Source: Camelus dromedarius
Taxonomy: Eukaryota
DNA: 64,000 nt
Direction: 5' to 3'
NCBI RefSeq assembly: GCF_036321535.1
Contig: NC_087437.1
Span: 64,172,001 to 64,236,000, forward strand
The notes beneath the pieces are model-generated. The model was not told the origin of the DNA. It worked only from the letters and a program-made list of their open reading frames with translations, and did not search any database. The translations under genes were made by a program, and so were the position numbers. Of this stretch, positions 12,117 through 24,685 are shown in pieces (the first letter of the stretch is position 1; each line of letters starts with the position of its first letter).

Positions 12117-13131
12117 GTGTCTACTTTCAAAAGAGGGCCCTTGTATGGGCCTCTTCCAGAGTTGACGAGAATCTGACGAATTTCTTCTGGTGAGCTACTA
12201 TGTTACTCCCTTAAATAGCCAAGGGGAAACTAAAATTAAAATTAATTAAAAACCTCGTCAGATTCCAGTAAACATCAGAGCTGCTCTCTCCACTTAAACC
12301 CCACTCAGAATGTGTAAATGGGGTCCTGGGAAAAACGGGCCGAAGCTGGTTAAGGATAAGAATTCTTACCTCCTGGGTCTTTCTGTCTGTGGCACCCGAA
12401 TAACAGAACATCCAATAAAGAGAAAAATAAAATCTCTTTTTTACTCTCTTTGGGGACGCCTCTTTAGTCCAAGGAGTTATTCAATACTGCCAGAAATATT
12501 TCTTGTTTGTCCTGGCTGAAAACTGACAAGCTGTTTAAAAGGATTTTTAAGTAGTTCTGTGGTCAGAAATTGGCCAGATACTGGAAGCTGATATTCAGAG
12601 CAATACTGATAAGATTTTTTTAAGGCTTCCTCCACTAAGGTAAAATGAATCTATGTATCTATAGGGAAAGAAAAACCTTTAAAAGGCCTTGTAGAAGGAT
12701 TTATAGTGGATCTACCTATGATGTCACTTAAGTTACAGCCCAACTCCTTGAGGAATTAAAAGCAACTGTCATTAACTCACAGATCTTTTTAAAAATAGAA
12801 ACGCAGCTCTAGAAGCAATTCAAAGTTCACCTATTCCTTTTTACCAGTCTGCAAACCTCCCCTATGTATCTTTAAAGGCTTGAAACTTGCATTCTGTCCT
12901 GTGTCTCTGAGATGTAAATGTTAAAGTACACACTTCAGGGAGGTAAGTCTTACTAAAAAATGGTGGGGAGGGAAGGGCCATTTGAAACTTAGCTTTAGCC
13001 TTGCGAGCTGCCAGCCTTAACTTACTCCATCTACCAGAAAAACAGATTAGATCCAACTTATTTTGTAACTAGTGAAATGAAAGCTCTAGAGTCTCTGTTT
13101 GTGTCTGAGTGTATGCTCATATGTGTTTATA

Positions 13132-13738
13132 TGAAGGAGGATTAATAAAATGGCCAGACTTAGGCTAACAGATTGCTTATTCTATGCTTGTCCTTAAAAT
13201 GGTCAACTGACCTGACTGACCAGTTGCTACTCACAGCTCCAGGCCCGTAGTTAAAATAAAGCTATTAATTTTACTGTTTCTGCTGTATTCCAGTAATCGA
13301 AAGTAATAATCATACTTGGTTTCTGAGTTATTCTCCAGGGAGAAGGTCACAGAACTGTAACCTTACAAAATAGCCTGAATTACCAAGAAGATCACATCTT
13401 GGGAGCTTATGAGATAAAGAGATCGAATGAGCAACAACCACCAGCCTCTGTAAAATTGGTCACCTGGAGACACCATGATGCCACTCTGAGTCTTATAATT
13501 ATATTCTTAGAAGGAAATAATTCTGTTGATTGTTACTGATGCTTTATTGTTTAAGCTCTGGCTATATAATCACCCTGCCCCAACCCCAAGATGGGTTCAC
13601 AGTTTTAAAGGCACTAGCCTGCTGTGAGTCTCCTTTGCCCTATAAAGCAATAAAGCTGTCTCTTTTCTTCTAAGCTCCAAGACCCTGTCTCTGAGTTATT
13701 TGGCTCATCAGGGATGGGGGCCAATTTTTTTGGCTATA
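13132..13738 (+). mobile_element. Nested solo ERV1-type LTR
   Basis: Starts TGAAGGAGGATTAAT, TATA box TATATAA 13563-13569, AATAAA 13649-13654; splits a TA/TG-rich tract of the host ERV. Confidence 0.8.
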
Positions 13739-15568
13739 TCTATATGTCTATATATCTCTATATGTTATAATATATGGTATTTTTTACCTTCAAATGGTAT
13801 TGCCAAAATTAATTTATAAAAGAACTCTATTTAATTGGCTTATAAAGTATAATATATATAATACTTTTATTCCATCTAGGCTTACCAAAGTTCAAATGAG
13901 TTTATGTTATCTCTGGCAAAATCTGTCAGCAAGAAAAATAACTTAAAATGATGACTGATACTGTCTAATGTCTTGTGAACTTTTTGGTGGGTAGTCTAAA
14001 CATAATTGTTAAAAACACATAAATTAAATTTATGTAAATAGGATAAAAAGTTTTCAGGTGAAAATTTTAAACCATTTAAAAAATTTTTTGTGACTTGAGA
14101 CCTTAAAGTTTTGCTGAATTAAATTGAATGATAGTAATTAAATATCTAGATCATTTCTAGATTAAGATGAGATACTGAAATATTAATTACTGAACATAGG
14201 CTTATCCATTTTTTGCTTCCTTTTACAGAGAAACTAGAAGATATCTTGTTCTATTACTAAGCATATTTTGTGCCACACTGAAAAATTTACTATGAGAAAA
14301 CATGCATTTCTAGAAATTATAAATAGTATTTATAAGTCTGCCAATTCACAGAATTCAAGTGTAGGAGACAGTCCACAACTGTTTAAAGTTGTAGAAAGTT
14401 TGTGAAAAAGAAACCTTTGGAAAGAAATTTTTAATGTGTGGTCAATCTGGCTAAGATTAAAATGAATTTAATTAAATTACGTGAATCTTAAGATCAAAGG
14501 TAAGTCAGTACAAAATTAGAATTTGATTTTCTCTCCTATAAAGTGACAAAGTTTCATTGAACTGTTGGTGTGCTCTCATAAAGCAACTGTAAAAGGTTTT
14601 TCTTTACTTTCTAAGTAATCTAAGTAGAAAATAAAGATTTTGTGTCTTGTCAAAATAATTTCCTGTATCTTTATCCAATCAGATCTTTGAGTAGTTTAAA
14701 AAGCTGTCTTCTCTATTAAAAGAGATAAGTTGTTCTTTTCTCTTTTTAACAATTTAACTGTCTGCAATTGCCTTTGATGTCTTTGTTACTATGATTAAAT
14801 GGATAACTAAGTATTATTTTACAGTGATCTGTGATCCTATTTGACCAAGTGTTTTAAAATATTTTGATATTTTGTCACACTTCTCAAAATTCTAGGTGAA
14901 TGAAATCTTTCTGACCTTGAACTAACTTTGGGATTTTCCAGAAAGCCCCAGAACATCTCAAAAGATTTGTTTGTCTCCTTAAAAGAAAGGAGATGTTAAC
15001 CTAATTCAGCTTATTTGGTATGTTAAATTACATGGGAAGCATTATCAAATAAGAAGTATACTAGGCCTTTTGTATAGGTATATGTTGTAAGTGTTCCAGA
15101 AATTGTGTAAAATTCCTAAAGTCTGATATGACATGGTATTATGTTACCATCATAATTCCAGTTACCATTTTAAATGTTTTCTGTCACAGAAACAACCAAA
15201 TTTCCTTGTCAATTCCATTATAATGAACTCTCATCAGATCTTTAACAATGGGCATTTTTTAAAGTCTTCTGTCATTTACACAGTTATTGTTTTACTCTGA
15301 TGCTTTTACAAAAGGATTCCTGCAAAAACGCTTCATCTTCATGGAGATTCAAGGAAAGGACTTTTGACAAGTACAGTTTTCCGATAAATTTAAGATCATG
15401 AAAAAGAACTGGGTAAAAATTTCCAGAACTGGGAAAACTGGATTCAAGCAGAACAAGAATTAAAAACGTGGGACCAAACAACCAAACAAACAAAACATGG
15501 GACTGAATAAGCTGAGGAAGATAATAATAATTTTTAGTGACTTTTTTGTTTTGAAACATTGCTCAATC

Positions 15569-15705
15569 TTTTTTTTTTTTCTTCTAATTTTTGCCCTTAC
15601 ATACACTTTTTTTTTTTTTTTTTTAGTGGAGGTACTGGGGATTGAACCCAGGACCTCATGCACGCTAAGCATAAGCTATATCACTGAACTATACCCCCAA
15701 CCCCC
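15569..15705 (-). mobile_element. tRNA-Ala-derived SINE (camelid Vic-1 type)
   Basis: Minus strand GGGGGTATAGTTCAGTGATATAG...GAGGTCCTGGGTTCAATCCCCAGTACCTCCACT with A and B boxes, poly-A tails, degenerate TSD tgctcaatct / tgctgattct. Confidence 0.9.
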
Positions 15706-16474
15706 TGCTGATTCTTTTAGTTTTATTTTTCCAGATTTAGGAAAACCTTTTTCTCTTAGAGCTAGCAACAATTTGATAAGATATACCTTTGTGAACAAAG
15801 ATGAAACATTTACTTTTTTTCCCCACCTGATCTCTCCAAAATTTGGAAACTTTCAAGTATTTTTTTTCATGGCAACACAGTTATTTGCATAAGTTTAATA
15901 AAAACCTATTCTCCCTGTGACAGAACACAATTGGAAACATTAGCTATGTTACCAAGGCTTTGACAGGATTGTCATACTTGAGAGAGATATGCATAGACTC
16001 AAGATTTGATAAATTCAGCTTTAAGGAATTAAGGTTGACTTTTTGGTGCCAATAAGACTCCTTGGAAAATCAACCTGGTACCTTGCTTACAAGGTTCCAG
16101 CAAAGCCATTGATATGGTCAATCACTATTTTTGCTGCATTTCTGTAAATAATCAATCCAAATTTAATGTTTACAAATTGTTTTATTATGATTATCCTTGG
16201 AAAAAAGAAATGGGGATAATTGTAGAGAGACAAATTATGTTTGCACCTTTGTCTATGTTACATTCTAGTCCTGTTAATTGTCTTTGGGGTTTTGTTTTAT
16301 ACCTATAAATTGAACTGGATTCTGAACTCTAGTTTCCTCAAACATGTGGCTATGACTCTCCAAACTAGTGATTTCAATTTTCTCCCACCCTTCTGATTAG
16401 GAATTAGTAAAAACAAAGATTACCTTTGAATTTGCTTGAAAGGGACTATACCAGATCCTCCTCACTACCCAGAT

Positions 16475-16530
16475 CGCAGCCAAACTTCAGGGACTTGAAC
16501 TTTGGATATACATTTCACAGCTGAAGACTT
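16475..16530 (+). pseudogene. pol: Integrase C-terminal remnant
   Basis: Translates AKLQGLELWIYISQLK, matching the W-I-H-x-S-x-L-K end of gamma-type integrases, directly upstream of env. Confidence 0.6.
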
Positions 16531-16677
16531 CACCTGACATTTGGTCCTGTATGAATGCTAGAGACCTCCAAGTCAAATCAACTTTTTTTGAGGAAAAAAG
16601 GAAGAGAAGTAGCTGACATCGAAGGCACACTGTTTCCTTCCAAGATGCTGGATCAAGACTTCATACTTAAACTACAC

Positions 16678-17640
16678 ATGAAATCCTTTTTTCTTCCCTT
16701 TCTTTTTCTTACTCTGGCACTGGCCTGGAAAGATAATGCTATCATCCATATCTCCCAGGCCATTGCTAAGGGGTGGGACCTCTAAAATTTAGAACAACTT
16801 TTTATTTCAGGCTAGGTAAAAACCTAACAGACCTCTGGCTTGAACAGGCTTGAATAGGTAAATGCAACAATCCTTGCGAATAAATCTATTAACAACGCCA
16901 CCTTAGTGGAAGTGGTTTGTACAAGGACAGGATTTATTTTTGTCTGTGGTGGTTATCATTCTCCTTGAGTCTGTGAATGCCTAGATAGCAGGTACGTAAG
17001 CGGTCAACACCTCTTAGGTCAGCTAACTGTGCCCCTATTCACACAGAGACACCTCATTGGTCAACTCCCCTGAATTTACATCATTGAATTAGAAAGGACC
17101 TAACAGGAGGCTTTCACAATTCAGAATTCGCTTCCTTTCTCAGGTCCCTAATTCCCTGGCTAGGAATGAGTACAAACAACTCTATGATCAGGAATATCTC
17201 CTTAACTCTTGACGATACTGCAGAACCTACTGTTAGACCAATAGCTGCCCTCTGCAAATCCTTAGACTCTGTTGCCAAAGTTGTTCTTAATAATGGAATA
17301 GCCCTTGATTATCTTTGAGCTGAGCAAGGAGGTGTCTGTGTTGGGGCCAACACCATCTGCTGTACCTAGGTTAACATTTCTGGGGATTTTAAGGCTCAGT
17401 TACATAAGATCACTGAGCAAGTCACTTGGATTTAAAAGGTGACTCCTTCAATGGGGTCTTTCTTTGACTTGTTTGATTTTGATTGGTTTGGGTCCTGGCG
17501 ATCATGTCTCCAAAGTACACACTAAACATTGGGAATTATCCTATTTATAATAATTATAATACTTTCCCTGGCACGTTGTATTCTCTCAAAGGCTTTAATG
17601 CATGTTTGCAGCCGCAAACACCAAGCAAATGATTTCTCTA
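16678..17640 (+). pseudogene. env: Gamma-type env pseudogene (signal peptide, largely deleted SU, TM)
   Basis: ATG at 16678, MKSFFLPFLFLTLALAWKDNAII; furin-like (R>*)IRK at 17085-17096; ISD LNNGIALDYL*AEQGGVC at 17286-17339; CX6CC (CVGANTICC) at 17337-17363; hydrophobic anchor LGIILFIIIIILSL; several in-frame stops. Confidence 0.92.
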
Positions 17641-17866
17641 AGACTAGAACATTAGAAAAGAAGCCAAGAAAATGGCCAATTTAAGGATTGTGAACCCGGA
17701 GCCATGACCTGTAAATATCACAGAGATTAAGCAAAAACGTCATGACCTGTAGATAACACACAAAGGATCAACAAAAGCTGTGAGTAGTAGCTGGGAATGA
17801 TGCCAGTGCCTTACATTTTGTTCACATATCTCAGTTAAGCTGAGTGTTTGATCACAAGGGTCGAAC

Positions 17867-18370
17867 TGTTTAAAAAGAGAGAGAGAGAGAGAAGAAAAAA
17901 AGCTAGAAAAGTAATAACAAGCACAAAAATGGAATCACTTGTGCTGAGCTCATGTCACCAAACCAAGACTTCATACCTAACCTAACTGCAGCCCATCAGT
18001 CTGAAATTTCCCAGGCAACACCAGTGGGGTAACCTGCCTAAGAGGCCCTTTGTCCCCCAGAGGAAAGTGACCTTGCATGAAATAATCCTTTTTGTTTGTT
18101 AGTTTGTTTATGACTTTCTTTTTTCTTTCTTTTGTTGGGGGGGCAGCAAAGAAAAGAGCAGCTTTATTGCTTTGCCAGGCAAAGGGGAGTCACAGCAGGG
18201 TACTACCTTCGAGACTCATTTTTTACTTTCTTGTCCCACCCCTTTCCTGACAATAAATTTTTTTCCTCTTGTGTAACTCTATTTGCTAGATAGGATGCTG
18301 CCTGCTTCATAAATCATTGAATAAATCCAAATAGAAAAATATTTACTTGGTTGAATTTTGTTTTTTAACA
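17867..18370 (+). mobile_element. 3' LTR of provirus
   Basis: TGTT...AACA, homologous to 9629-10026, preceded by a degenerate polypurine tract; carries a (GA)n expansion and a ~100-bp insertion. Confidence 0.9.
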
Positions 18371-18539
18371 GTACCAGTTAGGAAAAAATATCTTTGAGAG
18401 CAACTGTTGACATATATTTGAAAGATCTATTCTGTGAAATTTTTAAAAAAAGACTGCAAACACCCCAAGGGGAAAAAAGGCTTTCAAATAACAGAAAACA
18501 ACTCAAAAGGATTGAACAATAGAGATTTAACAAGAAGGC

Positions 18540-18960
18540 TAAAGGTAAGGCAGTTTTAGGGTTGGTCAGTTAATTGGCTTAATATCATCAATGGTCCAAG
18601 TTCTAGCTTTCCTCTCTGCCATCCTAAGTATATGAGCTAGCTTTCCTCATGGTCACATGATAGCTGCACTTTCTCCAGGTATCACATCCTCACACACCAT
18701 TCAGAGGCAGAAAAGGAGCAATCTGTTTCTTGTGCCTCTGTTTAAGACTGAGAAACCTCTCTAGGAATGTTCTACAGAGCAAATGGATACTAACATCTCA
18801 CTGACAAAAGTTCAGTCATGTCCTTTTCAAAGACTTTTGAATGACTAAGGCTGTCCATTGGACTGAGGCTGGGGTGACCTATCCCTGATATACATGACTG
18901 TCTAATATCTAAACAGAAGCAGGGGTAGGGGGTTGACTGTTGGGCAGGGTACGAATAATG
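18540..18960 (-). mobile_element. MLT1J/K-like MaLR LTR
   Basis: cctcatggtcacatgatagctgca, ccaggtatcacatcctcacac, gttcagtcatgtcc motifs. Confidence 0.65.
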
Positions 18961-19529
18961 TCTGCTACAGGGCTCAATGCACATTTCTTGATTTTAATCT
19001 ATTTTATTCTCTTAAACCTCAGGACATTTGATTCACTGACACCTACCGGGAGAGAGATCATTAAGCCTCACACAATAACTGGTTTCAGAAACACTATAAA
19101 ACTGCTTAAGAGTATTCAGAAATGAGTTCCTTGAAAAAGCCACAAAACTGGTCTACAGCTTCATGACAAAGTGATTACTTTTCACTAACTTGGTATAACA
19201 TCTTAAATCCGTGTCTCATTTTGAATGCCAAAGCAGCCCTTCAGAAAATACATGACTCCATCAACCATACTTGTTCATTCACAGCCACTTGCTGTTTCAA
19301 TTAGCACTAGGCCAGAGAGGGGATGACTACACGATACATGAAATAAAAAGTTGATCCATATCTACCTATATGTCTGGCTATCTACTTACCTGCCCACCTG
19401 TCACCTTTTATAACTGGCCACATTCCACAAAAGCTGACATGTGCCCTGTGACATTTTCATTAGAGGAACTTGGGAATCCTCCATAGGATGACATTTGTCA
19501 CATCGCCAGCTCTGTTCTGGCACATGTGG

Positions 19530-19925
19530 TTTCCCTCCGGTTTGACACTTAGGATTTTTCCATTGCGAGCAGCAGAAACTGGCAATGGCTCATTTATGTG
19601 GAAAAGGAATTTATTTGACGGACATGGGGAAGCCCATAGAATCAAGGGACGTTCCAGAGATCTGGGTAGAGGAGCTAATCTCAGTCGCTGGGATGAATTA
19701 ACTCCAGAATGCTAGTCCAGCCCTCAAGGTCCAAGACTCTGGAGAGAGAGTCCAATGGCTTAGCTTGGCTACATGCTCTTCTCTTAGCCAGAGGGAGTGG
19801 GCACCTTGATTACGATGTCTACTAAAACTGCAGCCTGCGGGCAGTCATTTCCCACAGGGAAACCAGGGTGCTGGGACCAGAGGAGGCTGGATGCTGGGCA
19901 GGCAAATGCAACCACCCACAGCAAC
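19530..19925 (-). mobile_element. Old ERVL/MaLR LTR fragment(s)
   Basis: aaaaggaatttatt, cccatagaatc, ggatgctgggcaggcaaa...ccaca motifs. Confidence 0.55.
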
Positions 19926-22900
19926 AGCTGAGCACTGCTGGAAAGCAATGCACAGTCAGTAAACAAGACGCATCGGATGTACTAATAAAACAACTTTTTT
20001 TTCTGCTTCCCATGTCTCTTAAACCTGCTTAGTGGAGGAAATCTGTCTCTGAATGCGTAAACGCTACTCACTTTTAAATAATAAAACAGCCTCTGATCAA
20101 TTTAAGATGCAAATACAATTTTAAATTCAACAATAGAATGTTAATTTTATTAGCACTTTACTCTTCAATCAAAGATAAGACTTCCCTCAACTCCCCAACT
20201 GGGATCAGTTGCAAACAAGCTGTCTGCCTTCGGCAACAAGAGTGGTCAGCCTGTTTTCTCTTCTCACTACCTGCTGCTTCTCCTCCGTTCACGGCCACAG
20301 CTGAGGAAGGAGTGGGAAGGAGGAAAAGAAAGTTCTTTAACTGGTACTGTCATAAGATGGCCTTGTGCTCTCATAGCACAGCAAATATTTAAAGCCTGTG
20401 CCAAACACTGTCCTAGGGGCTAAGAGACAAGTAGGACCCAGCGAGACCGGAAGTGGTCCTCTAACAGAGGAATCACATGTACAACACGTGCAGCTCATTA
20501 CGGTTTCCAAGCACTTTCACAAGTCTCCCTCCACAGTGCTTGGTCTCAGAGAGGTTAAATGACTTGTCCAAGTTCACATGACTTAGATGTGATGAAAGAG
20601 AGAAGAGAGTAGAAGGGCGTCTGGCATACAAATCAACCAGTCTCAGCGTGAGCTCTTCAGACCTTTCCTCCTTTTACTGTTTTCATTGTCACTTCACATC
20701 CAGGGATTATTTGTCATTAGAAATAGCTTTCATCTCCACTTAGGGGTTATTCCTGATGCTTAAAGCTCCAGGAAGAATGCTGTCTGGTTAACTGAAGTAT
20801 TACTATAGCAACAGTGGCCATAAAAGCCAAAATAGCAGGTACAAATTTTCACATCCACAGACCAGGGTGTGCAAACATGTAACTTCATTTTCTTATAATT
20901 CAAGGTAATTTCTGACCTCAGGCCCCTATTCTGCTTGATGCAAGAAATGTATTCTAGTCACTTACAAGTAATAAGTATTTCTTAATCATTTTTTATTTAA
21001 TACTTAGTCAATCCAAAATGATTTTCCCTTTCCCTTTGGGGACAGTATTGAGTTCCTGGGGGAAGGTGGGATCCTGCAACTGCTCCCCCAGTAGTGGGGT
21101 TGTAAGTGGATTGTGGGGTCTGTCTGCAGCTTCTACAGGCCTCATAGTTGGGTTGACTGGGGTAATGTTTTATCCTCCTTTGAGCAGAGACTGCAATGTC
21201 CTGGTGCTGGGGATCCCCGAGTTGTGGTCACATTCCCCCTCAGATGGCTGTGGGGCCATCTAGACCACACCCTTCTGATGCATGGGACACTCCTTCCAGG
21301 GCTGAGGCTCCGTCCGGTACACTCTCTCTCAGCTAACTTGCCCCACTCATAGGACCTAGAAGTACCCTTTCTTGCCACTCTCAAGGTCTAAAAAATCCAG
21401 AGGGCTTTCTCTTCCTTTGCCTTGAGGCCAGAATGAGATGGAGTAGAGGAAAAAGAGGAGAAGAAAAGAACACAGTGGTTAATGCCTCGAATATCACTCT
21501 GTTACATCCATGCAAATTGCCTCCTTCAAAGAAGTACTATTTTTCATTGCCAAGTTCAAATCTACCCTCTTTTAACCAGGTTTCTGCTTTCTCCTTAGAA
21601 TGATTAAAGAAACACCAAGCACATCCCCCTTACCCAGGAGCTCCCTTGAATGTACCTCTTCAGCCCCCATCCCAAACACACTAACCTGTGACACAGGCAT
21701 CCACCGACAACCATCTCTGCCCTCCCCAGCCATCGGGCCCTGCCCCTGGGACCTGTCAGTCTGTTCCCACAAACAATCAAACAATCTCACCTCCACCCAC
21801 CTTCACTTTTCATTCTCTCCATTCTTTTATTACATGAACCCGATCTGCTGGTTGATATATTTTTCTTTTCTTTTCTTTCATTATCTTGTATGTGTTTGTT
21901 TTCTAACTTTTTTACCTGCCTTCAATCCTCTTTGGAAATAGATGTGGTCTAAAGGAAAATTGTAATAAATAAAATCCTCATAAGCCCTTCAAGGTTCAGT
22001 GAGTAGAACTACCCACATTATGCCAGGTGTGGATGCACCATAATTTTCCTGACTCCAAATTGCTTTCATTTTGAATCAATTTCTTTGTGTGAAGCCTTTG
22101 ATAGTTCCCCCTCTTCTGAGCCAGTGATCCTAGTTAGGCAAAAGAAAGAAAAGAAATAATGGTGTTAAGTAATCTGTGATATCCCAGGCTCTGTGCTGGA
22201 CACGTTGATCTACATGATCTCACTGCAAGTATCCTAGATGTATAGGATCCTAGCTGAAGCCTGAGCCATGTTTACCCTAAGGTTCAGACAAGCCCACCTG
22301 GAAGCTGCAGAGAGAATGAGATGGACAAGGATACTAGGACTGGTTTGAGCCTCCTGGGGGAAAAATAATTTTCTAAGTTTGAAGAAAGAATCCAGTGGAA
22401 GAGAGAAATTTTCCTACTATTCATTCAACAAATACTCATTGAGCACCTGCCATATACCCAACACTGTGCTAGGTGCTAGCGATACAGCTGTGAGAAATCC
22501 AAGAGCAACGAACCAGGTTTAAAGGAGAGGGCCAATTCTGTGTGCAGCAGCAAGTGTCCTACTCAGACTGTCCTCTGACCCAGACCCTGGACCTAAGACA
22601 CGGCGGCTGCAGGACAAACACCAAACATTGCTTCAGATCCATGTTCAAGAAACAATACCAAAGGAGAGCGTGAGCCATGGTTTCTGCACCCTGGGAGACA
22701 GGGCCTTCTACACAAACATCAGAACACTTAACTTGGAGATACTGTTGGACATCAGAAGGACATTCAAATGGGTCATCAGGAGAGGCTGCTGACATTAACC
22801 CAGACAACCGAAGCAAGGAGTTTATCCCTTGGGCATAACATAAGCAAGGGCAGCCGACAGGACATGGGTCCGGGACTTGGTTGAGATCTATGCTGGGGCT

Positions 22901-23619
22901 TGCAAGGACTAACTGGGAGGAATGTGGGGAGAGCTACAATTCCTCCAGAACTAACGGAGGTGGAGCTTGCAAAATGCAGCTTGTGAATTCTGCCCAAGTC
23001 TCTTCCTCTACCCTCAGGGTAATGTGGCCTGGAGAGGTTTATGCCAAGTTATTCCAGCAGCTCTAAGAAGTCAAGGCAGTTGCTGAGGGTTATGGATTTA
23101 GGAATGGTCTTTCTCCAAAGTCCTTCCCAGCCCCAGTCCATTGCATGGTGTAATGGAAAAGCTTCAGGATTCCCACCTCTGCTCTGCTGTTAATGCATGA
23201 TAGGGCCTTGGGGGAGTTAATTCAACTCCTTGGGCTCGAGCATTTCATCCTTTAAAAGAAGAGCTTGAGCTAGACAAGCTACAACATTCTGTGGTTCTTG
23301 GACTGGTTTCAGCTCCTCAGCACCGGGTCTGGGTACCCTTGACAAAACTAACCCAGCCTTGCACATCCAGACGAGGCCCCCTCACTTCCTCACATGGCCC
23401 GTTTACTCCAGCCAAGCCAGTTTTCTCACTGTCCCTGAACGCAGCACACTCATATTCATTCCCAAACCTTTGCCAAATCCCTCCCTAAGGGCACTGAGAA
23501 AATTGGAATGCACATCCTGGTCAGACCATGGTCTGCCCAGTCCAACACTGGAAAGGACACGCCCACCACCTTCTCTGAGGTCAGCCTTCAAGGTGGGCAT
23601 ATGTCAGCTCCTCTGGGCA

Positions 23620-23900
23620 TCCATTTACATCTCTGACATTAACTTGTCCAGACCCTCAGTGGATTCATTCATATTTCCCTCATGCACTACATCCTGGAGT
23701 AATGTGTTTCACGAGTTTATTACCCATTTCTTTTATTTGTTCTAAGTGTTCCTCACTCATCTTCCCCTCCAGCAGGTGTTTGGATTGAATCAGTCCTTGT
23801 TCACCTTCTCCTGGTTATTGATGAGTTCACTGCTTTCCATCGTGTCCTTTTCCAGTCTGGAGAATTCTAGCCTTTATGGCCTGTCTTCCCTTGATTGTTC
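23620..23900 (-). mobile_element. CR1/L3 LINE 3'-region fragment
   Basis: Antisense CR1-like motifs gtttcacgagtttattacc, tccttgttcaccttctcc, ccttttccagtctggag. Confidence 0.5.
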
Positions 23901-24279
23901 TGTCTCTGTTCTTTCTTCAGTGTCAGTCAGAACATCCCTTCACAGGTTCAGCGACTGGAACTTGCCACAAATCAATGAGGGAAAGACATACGGTGTTTAG
24001 AGAAATGCAAGGGCGTGGGCTCGGTTATTTTTAGTCCCCCCCCGCCCCCAACTCCTTGCTGATGTCTGATGTGTGTTTTCTTGGCCTGTGGAGCAAAGCA
24101 GTAGTTCAAACTCATGGACTGGAAGGGAAAAGGCCTCCAAAGACACAGGCCCTTTTCTGGTTTTTGACAGAGATGTTAGTTACAAAGTTTGGATTTGTTT
24201 ATTTTTAAACATATCTGCACATGCCATGTTAAATCCATCTGCTCCTTTTCTGCCAATTTCTACAAACTCAGTTGATAAC

Positions 24280-24500
24280 AATGATAATTAACATTTAGTG
24301 AGCTCTTAAAATGCCCTAGGCACTGTGCTAAGTGTGCAGTATCTTTCTTAATCCTCTCTGCAACTCTCTAAGGTAGGGACAATTATTACACAGTTTTGAA
24401 AATGGGAATATTAAGAAACAGAGATTAAGTAAATTGATCATCCACAGCTGGGAAAGGGCAGAGCCTACACTCAGGCCCTGGGAGGCTGAGATTTTCCACC
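24280..24500 (-). mobile_element. MIR SINE
   Basis: ggcactgtgctaagtg, taatcctc, aaacagagattaagtaa. Confidence 0.75.
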
Positions 24501-24504
24501 TTAC

Positions 24505-24685
24505 TGTTCTCTGCAGTTAACCCTGGCTGTAGATTAGAATCACCTGAGAGCTTTGAAACACCACCAATTCCCCTGGCCGCACCCCAGGGGAACTAAATCT
24601 GACTCTCTGGGGCTGGGGTCCAGATAGCTTTAGAAACTCCCGCAGGCAATTCTATGGTCCACCCAGGATTGAAGACCCACCATGG
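24505..24685. mobile_element. MER5A/B-like DNA transposon
   Basis: ttagaatcacctgagagcttt, ccaggattgaagacccac. Confidence 0.75.

Larger units (their letters stand above)
9629..18370 (+). mobile_element. Decayed class I (MER4-group-like) endogenous retrovirus provirus
   Basis: Two homologous LTRs in direct orientation, PBS after the 5' LTR, gag, integrase and env remnants in the correct order, AT-rich non-coding interior typical of MER4-group internals. Confidence 0.9.

Noticed and set aside
15625..15705. Possible tRNA-Ala gene
   Set aside because: Degenerate stems, poly-A tail and TSD show it is a SINE
16555..16785. 76-aa ORF as a functional secreted peptide
   Set aside because: It is only the env signal-peptide remnant ending at a deletion or stop; no evidence of function
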